Origin: Sphingobacteriales bacterium | GTDB taxonomy: Bacteria; Bacteroidota; Bacteroidia; UKL13-3 | Reading direction: 5' to 3' | Assembly (NCBI GenBank): GCA_021298155.1 | Contig: JAJTEN010000026.1 | Coordinates: 4,297-68,296 of the forward strand | Length of the DNA: 64,000 nt | Part shown: one piece after another, positions 19,812 through 30,563 of the stretch | How positions within the stretch are numbered: position 1 is the first letter of the stretch | Layout: each line of letters opens with the position of its first letter | The notes under the pieces: model-generated | What the model was told of the DNA's origin: nothing | The model's input: only the letters and a program-made list of their open reading frames with translations | Database searches by the model: none | Translations under genes and position numbers: made by a program

Positions 19812-21159
19812 CTATTGCGTATTTCCCATTAGGGTATTTATTCAATAGGTTTTGAAAAATAATTTGCGAGGTTTGTTTCCCTAAATAGGCTTCATTACAT
19901 AGTGCATAGTAAAAATAGTTGTCTTCATTTTGCTTTTGATCAACTAATTTTTTGGCATATCCATAGACTAACTTTTTAAACTTATCAGTATTATAAGAAT
20001 ACACTATTTTATTTATATCTATCAAATTAGAATCAACTGTAATAGTACATTTGTTTAATAGTTCTTCATCGTATTTATTTTCTTTTGATTGTGCAATAAA
20101 ATACAAAGATTTAAGCAGTGTAATGTTTCTTACATCTTGCTCAAATTGGAAGGTATTGGTTAGCACAAGCATGATGGCTGTTTGGTATTCAAAATCTTCC
20201 ATGGCTGTGGTTAAAACAGACTGACTTAATTGACGCTGTATGCTTCGAAATTGAACACTATCTTTTATTTGATAAAGCTGACTATTCTCTACTTTATCAT
20301 AAATTTCTAATTGTTCGCGAAGGGAAATAATTCTCTTCGAGATATCAGGATGAGTTTCAAATTGGTCTTCACTACTAACTTGAATGTTTAACAATACTTT
20401 TTCATCACGCTTTTTGCTCTTAATCCACTCAGTACTGTCTAATTGGGTCAATGGATTATTCAATAATTGACCAAGTGTTTGGGCAATATTAAGCCTAGGA
20501 TACAAACTAGAATCTGAATGCAAGACACTAAGTGCCTGAATAGCAATATTGGGCTGATAACCCGCCTGAATAATCAATTTTAAGGCTACACCATCAGCCT
20601 CATATTCGTTTTCTTTTGAATGAACAAGATTACGGTAATTTCTGCCTATATAGTTATCTGCATTTATTTCTGCTGCTAAGATTTTATTTTGCAACTCAAT
20701 TTCTTTTAAGGCATGTTGCTTCATAACATGGGCAATTTCATGCGCAATGATAAATGCGATTTCTGATTCTGTTTTTAAATGAATAATTAATCCTTGATTA
20801 ATAAAAATACTACCATCAATATAAGATAAGGCATTAGCTGTTAAATCTTTTACACACCATACTTTAATTTTTCGAATCAAAGTAGGTTCATTTTGTAATA
20901 GTTTCGCGGCAATGGCATTGAGGTATACCTCCCAATTTTGATCAGTAACAAGTTTACCTTTTTTGAATAGGTTTTGTTTTTCAATGGCTACTGTGGCAAT
21001 AATCTGTTTCGATTTATTTTCATCAAAACCCTTAGGGAAGCTTACATTACTTTTAACCTCATCATAATAATTTAGGTTTTGGCTAAAAATAAGGCTGGGC
21101 AACAATGCCCAACACAGCGTAAATAGAATTAGCTTTGTTTGTGCAGATTTAATTTTCAT
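19774..21159 (-). CDS. M48-family zinc metallopeptidase, secreted, with ~300-aa C-terminal extension
   Basis: 461 aa with signal peptide. HEIAHVMKQH zincin motif with a downstream Glu (NEYEADG). The C-terminal region has no motif I recognise. Confidence 0.7.
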   Translation of the reverse strand: MKIKSAQTKLILFTLCWALLPSLIFSQNLNYYDEVKSNVSFPKGFDENKSKQIIATVAIEKQNLFKKGKLVTDQNWEVYLNAIAAKLLQNEPTLIRKIKVWCVKDLTANALSYIDGSIFINQGLIIHLKTESEIAFIIAHEIAHVMKQHALKEIELQNKILAAEINADNYIGRNYRNLVHSKENEYEADGVALKLIIQAGYQPNIAIQALSVLHSDSSLYPRLNIAQTLGQLLNNPLTQLDSTEWIKSKKRDEKVLLNIQVSSEDQFETHPDISKRIISLREQLEIYDKVENSQLYQIKDSVQFRSIQRQLSQSVLTTAMEDFEYQTAIMLVLTNTFQFEQDVRNITLLKSLYFIAQSKENKYDEELLNKCTITVDSNLIDINKIVYSYNTDKFKKLVYGYAKKLVDQKQNEDNYFYYALCNEAYLGKQTSQIIFQNLLNKYPNGKYAIVAKQKLSQNENK

Positions 21160-21291
21160 ACTGTTAGGGCTATTTGTAATTCACCCAATATTTTTCGACC
21201 AAACTAACTAAAAATAATTATTTTTTAGCATTTGGATTCGATTTTCTTCACAAAAGCAATATGGAGCGTATTATTCTATTGAACCTAGTAA

Positions 21292-21334
21292 AAACAAAAA
21301 AACCTTTGACAAATTAAACTGTCAAAGGTTTTAT
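21292..21334 (-). terminator. rho-independent terminator downstream of tRNA-Lys
   Basis: On the minus strand: stem AACCUUUGACA, loop GUUUAAUUU, stem UGUCAAAGGUU, then UUUUUUU. Confidence 0.7.
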
Positions 21335-21342
21335 GTTCTCTG

Positions 21343-21415
21343 TGATCCCGCTGGGACTCGAACCCAGGACCCCTACATTAAAAGTGTAATGCTCTACCAA
21401 CTGAGCTACGGAATC
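21343..21415 (-). tRNA. tRNA-Lys (anticodon UUU)
   Basis: Folded by hand as a cloverleaf: 7-bp acceptor stem (one G-U pair), D arm GCTC/GAGC, anticodon stem TTACA/TGTAG with loop CTTTTAA, T arm CTGGG-TTCGAGT-CCCAG, discriminator A. CCA not encoded. Confidence 0.85.
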
Positions 21416-21426
21416 GTTTGTGTTAG

Positions 21427-22083
21427 TTAATTACTAACGACTAACGGGGTGCAATAGGCGGCATTGTGTAGAATTTTACCAAAATCGCGAGCCAATGACC
21501 TAATGTAAGTCCCCTTGCTACAGGTAATTTTAAAAGAAACCAATGGCAATGAAATGCTGGTTATTTCAAAAGAATGCACCAATACATTTCTTGCAGGCAA
21601 TTCCATGTCTACTCCAGCCCTGGCATATTCATAGGCACGTTTGCCATCTTTTTGTATTGCCGAAAATAAAGGTGGAATTTGACTTAAGGCGCCTGTTAAT
21701 TGCTGGGCAGCAGCGTATATCATTTCTTCCGTAATGGCTTCAATAGAAAAGGTTTCGGTAACTTCCGTTTCTTTATCAAAACTAGGTCTGTACGCACCTA
21801 AATAAAAGCTTCCAGTATATGTTTTAGGCATACCCATGTATTGGTCTATATTCTTAGTTTCTTTACCAATACAAACAATTAATAACCCGGTGGCTAAAGG
21901 ATCTAAAGTGCCTGCGTGTCCTACCTTTACTTTTCGTTTAATTCCATCTTTGGGCTTAGGCATTTTACTCAATTTCCTGAGGACTAAACGCTGTATTTTC
22001 TTAGTTACATCGAAGCTTGTCCACGTGTAAGGCTTGTACACACGCAGCACAGCTCCTGTTTCTAAATCCAATAAATCTTTCAA
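21427..22083 (-). CDS. truB: tRNA pseudouridine(55) synthase
   Basis: 218 aa. TruB catalytic motif [24 protein letters not shown] with the Asp. Confidence 0.85.
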   Translation of the reverse strand: MKDLLDLETGAVLRVYKPYTWTSFDVTKKIQRLVLRKLSKMPKPKDGIKRKVKVGHAGTLDPLATGLLIVCIGKETKNIDQYMGMPKTYTGSFYLGAYRPSFDKETEVTETFSIEAITEEMIYAAAQQLTGALSQIPPLFSAIQKDGKRAYEYARAGVDMELPARNVLVHSFEITSISLPLVSFKITCSKGTYIRSLARDFGKILHNAAYCTPLVVSN

Positions 22084-22089
22084 GATAAA

Positions 22090-22890
22090 TTATAAAATTT
22101 GAAGATTATAGCCCATGAAATGCATAAGCAAAATAAAAAGCCCTAGTCCAATTCTGTAATAACCAAAAACCTTAAAACCATTTTTGGTAAGGAAGTTTAT
22201 AAAACCCTTTATGGCAAGCATAGCCACTAAAAATGCTACAATATTGCCAATGAGCAGTAATAGTAAATCTGATGAATGAGTGTTAGCATTAAACCCTCCG
22301 GCTAGATAGTACTTAAGCATTTTATAGGCAGTGGCTGCAAACATGGTTGGTACAGCTAAAAAGAAGGAAAACTCGGCTGCAGCTTTTCTGCTAAGCTTCT
22401 GACTTAAGCCACCAATAATGGTTGCGGCAGAGCGAGAAACACCAGGTATCATGGCAATTACTTGAAAAAAACCAATAACCAATGCCTTGGGATAACTTAC
22501 CTCTTCTGAGTGCGTGTCATTGTTTTCAAACCACTTGTCTACAAATAACAAAATAATGCCACCCAACAACAATGAAAAGGCCACAACGATCACATTCTCT
22601 AACATGGCATCGATATAATCATTGAGCAGAAAACCCAATACAGCAGCTGGAATAAAAGCTATAGCAAGTTTAAAATAAAAATCAAATGATTGAATAAAAC
22701 GCTTCCAGTATAATACAATTACCGAAAGAATTGCCCCAAATTGAATGGCAACGGTAAACATTTTCACAAAATCATTGCTGGCAATCCCCATAACAGAAGA
22801 TGCAATAATCATATGCCCCGTAGATGAAACAGGCAAATACTCTGTTATACCTTCAATAATCGCAAGGATAACAGCCTGAAATATATTCAT
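22090..22890 (-). CDS. uppP: undecaprenyl-diphosphate phosphatase
   Basis: 266 aa polytopic membrane protein. N-terminal [17 protein letters not shown] is the BacA/UppP signature. Confidence 0.9.
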   Translation of the reverse strand: MNIFQAVILAIIEGITEYLPVSSTGHMIIASSVMGIASNDFVKMFTVAIQFGAILSVIVLYWKRFIQSFDFYFKLAIAFIPAAVLGFLLNDYIDAMLENVIVVAFSLLLGGIILLFVDKWFENNDTHSEEVSYPKALVIGFFQVIAMIPGVSRSAATIIGGLSQKLSRKAAAEFSFFLAVPTMFAATAYKMLKYYLAGGFNANTHSSDLLLLLIGNIVAFLVAMLAIKGFINFLTKNGFKVFGYYRIGLGLFILLMHFMGYNLQIL

Positions 22891-22893
22891 ATC

Positions 22894-23145
22894 TTAGGCT
22901 TTTGACTTGCGCATGATTGCAAAAATACCCAGCACAAATCCCAATAAAACCACTATTGGTGCCAAGGTAAGTTTACGAAAATCAAAAATATCTTCTGATC
23001 CAACCATTAAGGCAAATCCTATAAAAACGATTGCAACACTGGCAATCATTAACATGTAATTTTCTTTTCCGAAAACAAAATTCTTAGGTGTTTGAACCTC
23101 TTTTTTTGCGCTTAATCTATCTTTACTCATGCCTGCAATATTCAA
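22894..23145 (-). CDS. DUF3098-like small membrane protein
   Basis: 83 aa with two transmembrane segments. Position between ftsX and uppP is conserved in Bacteroidota. Confidence 0.55.
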   Translation of the reverse strand: MNIAGMSKDRLSAKKEVQTPKNFVFGKENYMLMIASVAIVFIGFALMVGSEDIFDFRKLTLAPIVVLLGFVLGIFAIMRKSKA

Positions 23146-23184
23146 ATTATCTTTTAAAATTAAAAATATTAAATCAATCTCTCG

Positions 23185-24048
23185 TTAATACAAATCCTCT
23201 AAGCGTTGGTATAAGTATTTTCTGGTTGAAAAAAAGCTACTTCCCATGCTAATGATCAATCCTAAAAATAATAAGCCAACATATAAAATTCCTAATTCTT
23301 CTGCCCTATTAAAATTAGACCATTCAGGAAAAAATAAGGGCAAAAATTGATTTAAATTAACCAATAAAACCCAGGCTATAACCCAACCCCAGAAACCATT
23401 TTTAATCCCTTGCCATACAAATGGACGGGTAATAAACCAGGGTTTGGCACCAACCAATTGCATGCTTTTGATAATAAAACGTTGAGCATATAGGTTCAGC
23501 CTTACGGTATTGTGGATTAAAACCACTGCAATAACTCCGAAAATTGAAGCCAGCAACATAAATATCAAAGCGATATTTTTAATATTTTTTTGAGCCAATT
23601 CATATGCGCTTCTTTGGTAAGCCAGATCACTCACTTTTGGATATTTGCGAATGAATTGCTCAATTTGAAGCAAAGCTTCCGGTGTATTATAGGCCTGGTT
23701 CAATTTAATTTGAAGAGATGCCATGAGTGGATTAAAACCCAAAAAGTTAACAAAATCTTGCCCCAACTCATTACTAAATTCTGTAGCCGCCTGTTCTTTA
23801 GAAATATAACTAAGGCTCTTTAAAAAAGGCTCTTTTGCCACTGCAAACTGAACTTCTGTAATATCTTCTTGCGTAGCATCTGAGTCGAAAAACACCTGAA
23901 CCACCATATTTTCTTTCAAATAGGTTTCCATATTCTGGCTGGCCAAAACCAAAAAGCCAAACATACCCATCATCAATAAAACCATGGCTATACTGATAAT
24001 TGAAAAGGCATAACTAAATTTTTTCTTACGTTTTATGGTTGTGCTCAC
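23185..24048 (-). CDS. ftsX: cell division protein FtsX-like permease
   Basis: 287 aa. N-terminal TM, periplasmic domain and three C-terminal TM segments. FtsX length and topology. Confidence 0.75.
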   Translation of the reverse strand: MSTTIKRKKKFSYAFSIISIAMVLLMMGMFGFLVLASQNMETYLKENMVVQVFFDSDATQEDITEVQFAVAKEPFLKSLSYISKEQAATEFSNELGQDFVNFLGFNPLMASLQIKLNQAYNTPEALLQIEQFIRKYPKVSDLAYQRSAYELAQKNIKNIALIFMLLASIFGVIAVVLIHNTVRLNLYAQRFIIKSMQLVGAKPWFITRPFVWQGIKNGFWGWVIAWVLLVNLNQFLPLFFPEWSNFNRAEELGILYVGLLFLGLIISMGSSFFSTRKYLYQRLEDLY

Positions 24049-24207
24049 TATTATTGCTAATTATGGAACAAATTTAATAAGGAATAACTAGCTTGCAAGA
24101 TTATTTAAACCACAACTTTGGAAAAGCCTTGCAAGCCGTCTATTTTTGCAGACTTTTAAAATAAAAAGATAAACCGTAAAACAGTTTGGTTCGAACCGAA
24201 ATAAAGT

Positions 24208-27042
24208 ATGAATAGAGAATACAACCACATAGAAATTGAAGCGAAATGGCAGGCTTATTGGCAAAAAAATAAAATAAATGAAGTAAGCGCCGACCCCAAT
24301 AAACCTAAGTTTTATGTATTAGATATGTTTCCTTACCCAAGTGGTGCTGGATTACATGTTGGTCACCCTTTGGGGTATATCGCCAGCGATATTTACAGCA
24401 GATACAAACGCTTAAAAGGGTATAATGTACTGCATCCCATGGGTTATGATGCATTTGGATTAAAATACCGAGAGCAACTAGATAAAATTGGCTTTAGTTT
24501 TGATTGGAGTAGAGAAGTAAAAACCTCTGATCCTAATTATTACAAATGGACACAATGGATTTTTTTAAAGCTATTTAATAGTTGGTATAATCCCATCAAT
24601 AACAAAGCTGAACCAATTGAAACCCTTATAAACCTATTCAACATAGATGGATTTAAAGGAAGCGACGATCGCATTATAACTGGCGGTATTGAATTTGATT
24701 ATCCACCATTTACAGCTGAACAGTGGCAAAACTTCCCAGAGGAGGTAAAGGAAAAAATATTGCTTGGGTTCAGATTAGCCTACCTAAGTGAAGCATACGT
24801 AAATTGGTGTCCAGCCATGGGCACTGTGCTTAGCAATGATGAGGTAAAAGATGGTGTTAGTGAGCGCGGTGGTTTTCCGGTTGAACGCAAAAAAATGAAC
24901 CAATGGAGTTTGCGCATTACCGCCTATGCCGATCGCTTATTGCAAGATTTAGATGAGCTAGATTGGACAGAAAGCTTAAAAGAATCTCAGCGTAATTGGA
25001 TCGGAAAATCTCAAGGCGCGAGTCTCCACTTTAAAATTCAAGATCAAAATTTTGATATTGAAGTTTTTACAACCAGGCCAGATACCCTCTTCGGGGTTAG
25101 TTTTTTAGCCATTGCACCTGAACATGAAATGCTTAAAGAACTGCTTACTCCGGAGCATTTGGATGAAGTAATGCATTATGTGGAGGCTGCTAAAAATAGA
25201 AGCGAAAGAGACAGACAATCAGATGTGAAACGCATCAGTGGAGAATTTACAGGTGCTTATGCCATACATCCATTCACTGGTAAAGAAATTCCAATTTGGG
25301 TGGCAGATTACGTTTTGGGTGGCTATGGCACAGGTGCTGTGATGGGGGTTCCAGCCCATGATTCCAGAGATTTTGCTTTTGCCAAACATTTTGATTTACC
25401 CATTCTACCGGTTGTAGAAGGCAATACCAAACATGATTTTACACTTTCCTCATTTGATGCCAAAGAAGGAAATTGCATCAACTCTTCTTTCCTTAACGGT
25501 TTGGGTGTAAAAAAAGCCATAAAAAAGGCCATTCAAGAAATAGAGGAAAGAAAACTTGGAAAGGGTAAAACCAATTTTAGGTTAAGAGATGCCATTTTTG
25601 GCAGACAAAGATATTGGGGCGAACCAATACCTATTTATTATAAAAATGGAATTCCCTATCCAGTTGCAGAAAGCGACTTGCCATTGGTTTTGCCAGAAAT
25701 AGAAACCTTTTTGCCAACAGAAAATGGAGAACCACCATTAGGAAGAGCCAAGAACTGGAAATACAAAGGCGAATATGATTACGAACTTTCTACTATGCCG
25801 GGTTGGGCAGGCAGTAGTTGGTACTTTCTAAGGTATATGGATGCGCAAAATTTGAATCAAATTGCCAGCCAAGAAGCTTTACAATATTGGCAACAAGTTG
25901 ATTTATATTTGGGAGGAAGTGAACATGCAACTGGGCATTTATTATATGTTCGCTTTTGGACAAAATTTCTATTCGACCTAGGCATCATTCCTTGTCACGA
26001 ACCGGCCAAAAAACTGATCAATCAAGGTATGATCCAAGGAAGAAGCAATTTTGTATTTAGAGTAGACTGTTACAAAGGAGAAGAAAAGGAATTAAGTTTT
26101 TTCGCCTCTAAATCCTATTTAAACGAGGAAGAAAAAATCAAAAACTTACCATTGTTATTTGAGGAATTTAGCATTCAACACAATCAAAAAATTACACTTG
26201 ATTTTACTAAAATTAATATAGTAAAAATGAATGTGGATGTAAATCTGGTTGAAAACGATATCCTAAATGTAGCAGCAATTAAACATTGGAGAGACGATTT
26301 TAAAGATGCCCTTTTTGTATTAGATGACAACAAATACCAATGCGCTTGGGAAATAGAAAAAATGTCTAAATCTAAATGGAATGTGGTAACACCAGATTAT
26401 ATCATTGATCAATATGGTGCTGATACCCTTCGTTTGTATGAAATGTTTTTGGGTCCCTTAGAGCAAAGTAAACCTTGGAATACACAGGGTATTGAAGGGG
26501 TACACCGCTTTCTTAAAAAGTTATGGCGATTATTTGTTGATGCAAATGGCCAAGTAAATTTGGATCAAACAGAACCCAATAAAGCTGCACTCAAGGCCTT
26601 ACACAAAGCCATTAAAAAGGCAGCTGAAGATATAGAAAACTTCTCTTTTAATACGAGCGTAAGTACCTTTATGATTTGTGTAAATGAACTTACTGAACTG
26701 AAGTGCAACAACAAACAAATTTTAAAAGACTTCATAATTATTTTATCGCCATATGCCCCACATATTGCTGAAGAATTGTGGCATGTAATTGGTGAAACTG
26801 AAAGCGTAACAAAAGCTAGTTTCCCACTATTTAACCCTGCATATTTGATAGAATCTACTTTTTCTTACCCTATCTCTATCAATGGGAAACACCGCACCAA
26901 CATTGAATTTTCTTTAGAGGCAGCGCAAGATGAAATTGAAGCAAGCGTGCTGGCTAATGAAATCATTCAAAAGTGGTTGGCAGACCAGTCGCCTAAGAAG
27001 ATCATTGTGGTTAAAGGTAAAATAATCAATATTGTTGTTTAA
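24208..27042 (+). CDS. leuS: leucine--tRNA ligase
   Basis: 944 aa. Class I motifs HVGHPLGY and KMSKS (EKMSKSKWN). CP1 editing domain present. Confidence 0.95.
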   Translation: MNREYNHIEIEAKWQAYWQKNKINEVSADPNKPKFYVLDMFPYPSGAGLHVGHPLGYIASDIYSRYKRLKGYNVLHPMGYDAFGLKYREQLDKIGFSFDWSREVKTSDPNYYKWTQWIFLKLFNSWYNPINNKAEPIETLINLFNIDGFKGSDDRIITGGIEFDYPPFTAEQWQNFPEEVKEKILLGFRLAYLSEAYVNWCPAMGTVLSNDEVKDGVSERGGFPVERKKMNQWSLRITAYADRLLQDLDELDWTESLKESQRNWIGKSQGASLHFKIQDQNFDIEVFTTRPDTLFGVSFLAIAPEHEMLKELLTPEHLDEVMHYVEAAKNRSERDRQSDVKRISGEFTGAYAIHPFTGKEIPIWVADYVLGGYGTGAVMGVPAHDSRDFAFAKHFDLPILPVVEGNTKHDFTLSSFDAKEGNCINSSFLNGLGVKKAIKKAIQEIEERKLGKGKTNFRLRDAIFGRQRYWGEPIPIYYKNGIPYPVAESDLPLVLPEIETFLPTENGEPPLGRAKNWKYKGEYDYELSTMPGWAGSSWYFLRYMDAQNLNQIASQEALQYWQQVDLYLGGSEHATGHLLYVRFWTKFLFDLGIIPCHEPAKKLINQGMIQGRSNFVFRVDCYKGEEKELSFFASKSYLNEEEKIKNLPLLFEEFSIQHNQKITLDFTKINIVKMNVDVNLVENDILNVAAIKHWRDDFKDALFVLDDNKYQCAWEIEKMSKSKWNVVTPDYIIDQYGADTLRLYEMFLGPLEQSKPWNTQGIEGVHRFLKKLWRLFVDANGQVNLDQTEPNKAALKALHKAIKKAAEDIENFSFNTSVSTFMICVNELTELKCNNKQILKDFIIILSPYAPHIAEELWHVIGETESVTKASFPLFNPAYLIESTFSYPISINGKHRTNIEFSLEAAQDEIEASVLANEIIQKWLADQSPKKIIVVKGKIINIVV

Positions 27043-27077
27043 ATAGTGTTGGCCTGAACCAAAACCTTCAAGCAGCG

Positions 27078-30000
27078 CTAAAACAAATACCTGGCTTCCA
27101 TTTTACCCGTATGAATGAAGGGAATTTCACCAGATTTCCTTCCTTCATAGGTAATGTTTATTTGAAGGTATTGACCAATACGCTGTTGCAATTGCACATT
27201 CATCAGTTGGTTATTACCTCTACTTAAACCTTGCAGCATATCATAGGCTAGCACGCTATTTAAGTTTCCAGCATACTGAACATCAAAAAAGCTGTATTTG
27301 GCCGTAATAACGCCAATCTTTATAAATGAATAGCGCAACTCTAAACCAGCTTGTTGAATGGCGCTCTCCTCTCCTCCTAGTTCAGGTAAATTAAAAGATT
27401 TTTGATACGTATAATCAATACTTAAGCGCCAAATTTGCTCAAATTGATAACTCAATTTGGGTTTATATTCGGTGTATGTATACCTAAAATCAGTATTGCT
27501 AAAAAACGCTGAGGCATTCCTTTTTTCTCCTAAGGTATACGCCCCATTAAGGGTCCAATTTCCATTAAAGGCATATCTACCGCCAATGGTATAATCTACC
27601 TTGTCGCGCGATTCAAAACCATTGGTTTGAAAAGCCTTGGTGCGTTGCTTTACATAGGCAAAATCTAAACCATATTTAGGATTGTTTCTATTAAAAAATA
27701 AGGTGTTACGAATAAAAGAAGATAAGCTAACAATAGACGTATCGTTCCAATTCCAACTCAGTGCGTTCGCTAAAGGATTAAAATCGGAAGTAGTTAATTT
27801 GCGCTCAATTCGAAGGGCCGCCTGATTGCTAAATTTATTCAAAAAGCCTTTAAATCCCCTATAGGTTTTAGCATTAAAGCCATTAATGTTGAGGGTTTGA
27901 CTAAACTGTGTGCTTTGAACGCTTATTAAGCTAGTGGTTGGAAGAAAAACTTTTACATAGTTTGCTAAATTTTTATCGGCAAATGAAGCCAATTGAAATT
28001 CATTGATTTGTTGCAAACCATCTTCATTAAAATCTTTCCAGATATAAAGTCCTTGCCCAACAGGCACCTCAATAAATTGATAATCTCTTCGCAGTTCATT
28101 TCCTGAACCAAGTTGAACATAGGTATTCGCTGTTATTAGTCGCTTAAAAAAAGCATAATCATAGGTAAAACGTGACAATAAAACACGCTCAGGTTGCAAC
28201 ATTTGACGCGCGGTATCTAACCATTGAAACTCTCTAAAAGACAAGTCTACATTTAATTTATTGAAATTTTTCTGAAATACATCCAGTCCAATTTTTGCCT
28301 CTTTAGCCATACTTTTTTGTTGAAATATTTGCTGATATGGCAATTGGTCGAACCGAATATTTATTTCAGCATAATACCTCAAGGAGCTGCTATCTTTACT
28401 CCTAAGAAAAACAGTATACTTCTGATAAGCAAAACTCCCACTTAATAAAGAATCATTGCTTCTTTTAAAGGCACTCTTTTCATTCACTAAGCTAAAGCCA
28501 ACATTACAGAATGTACTATTTCGGGTATACGTAAGCTGTAAATTATTCACTTTAGACGCGTATGATTGAAGCGTTTGCAGGGCTTGTTGCTGACCAAACA
28601 GCTGTTCAAATTGCGCCTGTAACCTGTTCTTTTTGTTTATTAAATCGCTTGAAAGAATTTGGTTCAGCCCGGTAAAAAAATTAAAATTTCGATTGTAATA
28701 TGCAATTTGATAATGGATAAATCCGTTTTCTTGGGTTTTGTATTTTACCAATGCAGATAGAATATGTTCATTATTTCCATTTTCAGATTCTGACATATTC
28801 GTTAATTGTCGGTTCCAAATTCTATTAAATTCAACATTTCTGTATCGTTCTATGTATTTAAATTGAGCGGTAGTATATTCATAATTGAATTCAGACTGTA
28901 TGCGTGCGCCTTTTTTACCTAAAGGTATTTCATTGTTTGCTTGAAGTTGAAACGCATATCCAGCATCATTTTGCTTATCAAACTCACTAAATAAATTTTT
29001 ATTGAAAATACTTTTGGCTACTTCAACTTTAATAAGCTGCTTAGGTTTCCAATTATAAATAGCACCAGCACTCAGCATTTGTTGTTGATTAGGTGCAATT
29101 AATTGAATTACGGGTTCAAAATCTCCTTGTGGAAGTCCATTTATAGGTTCAACCCAAATAAACACTCTTCCATTGGAGGCACTTGCACCTTGTTTATAAT
29201 TACCCTTATTATTACCTACAAAAGAAAACCTAAGTTCATAAAAAACACTATCGGTTCCTTTTTCTTTGGCATGAAAATAAACACCTGTATAACCTAGGGT
29301 ATCCACCTTTCTGTAAAGAATTGTTTGTGCATTAAAATCTTTCACGGGTACCTCACTTGGTATTTTTGCATCTTGAAGTTTATCGCCCACACTGGCCAAT
29401 ACTAACTTATTACTATCGCTTAAATTTTGTTGAAAAGGCTGGTTTTTATTGTCTTGTTCCGTAAAATAATTAAAATAAATGCTAGCTTTTTTAGACTTCC
29501 ATTCTGTATTAAAGCCTAACACGGTTCTGGCAAAATTTCTGTCTGAATATTGAAACTCAACAATAATTCGAGAGAATTGGGTAATTAAACGTTTAGGCAT
29601 AAATACTATTTCACCCGTATTGTAATCTATGGTATAATCATTTTGTTCTCCACGGGTAAGTTTTTGACCATCCAAATACACCGATTCGGTTCCAGAAATG
29701 ATAATAATAAATAACTCCCCATTGGAGCCTTGCAAGCGGTACGGACCCTGATTTCCTTCTTGGCCTTGAATAATATTTCTAACAAATCGTCCACGAGAGA
29801 GCGCCGCTTGTGCATTTACTTGAAGTACATTTTTACTGGGTAGCAGAAAAGAATTATAACTGGCTAAGCCTCTCGATTTTTTGTAATAGTTCAAAAAATA
29901 AGCAGATTCTGGTTTAGTCATTAAATAATCGCCCACAATAAGCTTTTTATTTTGCTTGCTAAACTGCACAAACACCTGGTCAAAATCTTGCAGTTCTTGT

Positions 30001-30563
30001 GTATTTCCCTCGGGCTGTATGGGATTATTTTCATCACTAATGGCTGCCAATACATCAATTTCATTGTTTAGTTTCCCAGCCAATTGAAGATTCAAATTTG
30101 CATTAACGATGGCATTTTGGGTATTTCCAATACTTAACCCACGCATGATACTTCCGCTTGTTTGTAAACCCTCATTACTTCCAATGGCATTAAAGCCGCT
30201 TTTGCCCACCTCTAACCTAAATGGATTGCGCGTTTCCATAAATTCGGGCTGAATCAGTGTTATACTCTTCCTACTTATTTTACTTGGGAATATATAGGTA
30301 ATGGGTGTATACTGAATAAATAGAATTGTTTTTAGCGGAATCCGAACATTTATAAATGTACTATTGAAATAATTAATTCTAAAATCATCACCTTCTTTAT
30401 ACTGGTTTATTTTTACCGACCCCTTTACCAGAAGTAGGGTATCCAAAACAAAGGTATCTGCCTGCAATATTACCTGCTTATTTACATGTACAGGTGTTGG
30501 TAAAACTTGGGTAAATCCAAGGTTAAAACACAGCAATAAACCAATCAAGAAAGGCCATTTCAT
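27078..30563 (-). CDS. large uncharacterised outer-membrane beta-barrel protein (1161 aa)
   Basis: Signal peptide. Long alternating beta-strand-like composition rich in Y/N/Q/F. C-terminal ...KMEARYLF ending in Phe. Start overlaps the stop of the upstream kinase gene by 4 nt. Confidence 0.6.
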   Translation of the reverse strand: MKWPFLIGLLLCFNLGFTQVLPTPVHVNKQVILQADTFVLDTLLLVKGSVKINQYKEGDDFRINYFNSTFINVRIPLKTILFIQYTPITYIFPSKISRKSITLIQPEFMETRNPFRLEVGKSGFNAIGSNEGLQTSGSIMRGLSIGNTQNAIVNANLNLQLAGKLNNEIDVLAAISDENNPIQPEGNTQELQDFDQVFVQFSKQNKKLIVGDYLMTKPESAYFLNYYKKSRGLASYNSFLLPSKNVLQVNAQAALSRGRFVRNIIQGQEGNQGPYRLQGSNGELFIIIISGTESVYLDGQKLTRGEQNDYTIDYNTGEIVFMPKRLITQFSRIIVEFQYSDRNFARTVLGFNTEWKSKKASIYFNYFTEQDNKNQPFQQNLSDSNKLVLASVGDKLQDAKIPSEVPVKDFNAQTILYRKVDTLGYTGVYFHAKEKGTDSVFYELRFSFVGNNKGNYKQGASASNGRVFIWVEPINGLPQGDFEPVIQLIAPNQQQMLSAGAIYNWKPKQLIKVEVAKSIFNKNLFSEFDKQNDAGYAFQLQANNEIPLGKKGARIQSEFNYEYTTAQFKYIERYRNVEFNRIWNRQLTNMSESENGNNEHILSALVKYKTQENGFIHYQIAYYNRNFNFFTGLNQILSSDLINKKNRLQAQFEQLFGQQQALQTLQSYASKVNNLQLTYTRNSTFCNVGFSLVNEKSAFKRSNDSLLSGSFAYQKYTVFLRSKDSSSLRYYAEINIRFDQLPYQQIFQQKSMAKEAKIGLDVFQKNFNKLNVDLSFREFQWLDTARQMLQPERVLLSRFTYDYAFFKRLITANTYVQLGSGNELRRDYQFIEVPVGQGLYIWKDFNEDGLQQINEFQLASFADKNLANYVKVFLPTTSLISVQSTQFSQTLNINGFNAKTYRGFKGFLNKFSNQAALRIERKLTTSDFNPLANALSWNWNDTSIVSLSSFIRNTLFFNRNNPKYGLDFAYVKQRTKAFQTNGFESRDKVDYTIGGRYAFNGNWTLNGAYTLGEKRNASAFFSNTDFRYTYTEYKPKLSYQFEQIWRLSIDYTYQKSFNLPELGGEESAIQQAGLELRYSFIKIGVITAKYSFFDVQYAGNLNSVLAYDMLQGLSRGNNQLMNVQLQQRIGQYLQINITYEGRKSGEIPFIHTGKMEARYLF

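Noticed and set aside
21160-21290. AT-rich region upstream of the M48 operon as a possible mobile-element boundary next to the tRNA
   Set aside because: tRNA genes are common integration sites, but there is no direct repeat of the tRNA 3' end and no integrase. The region is most simply a promoter.
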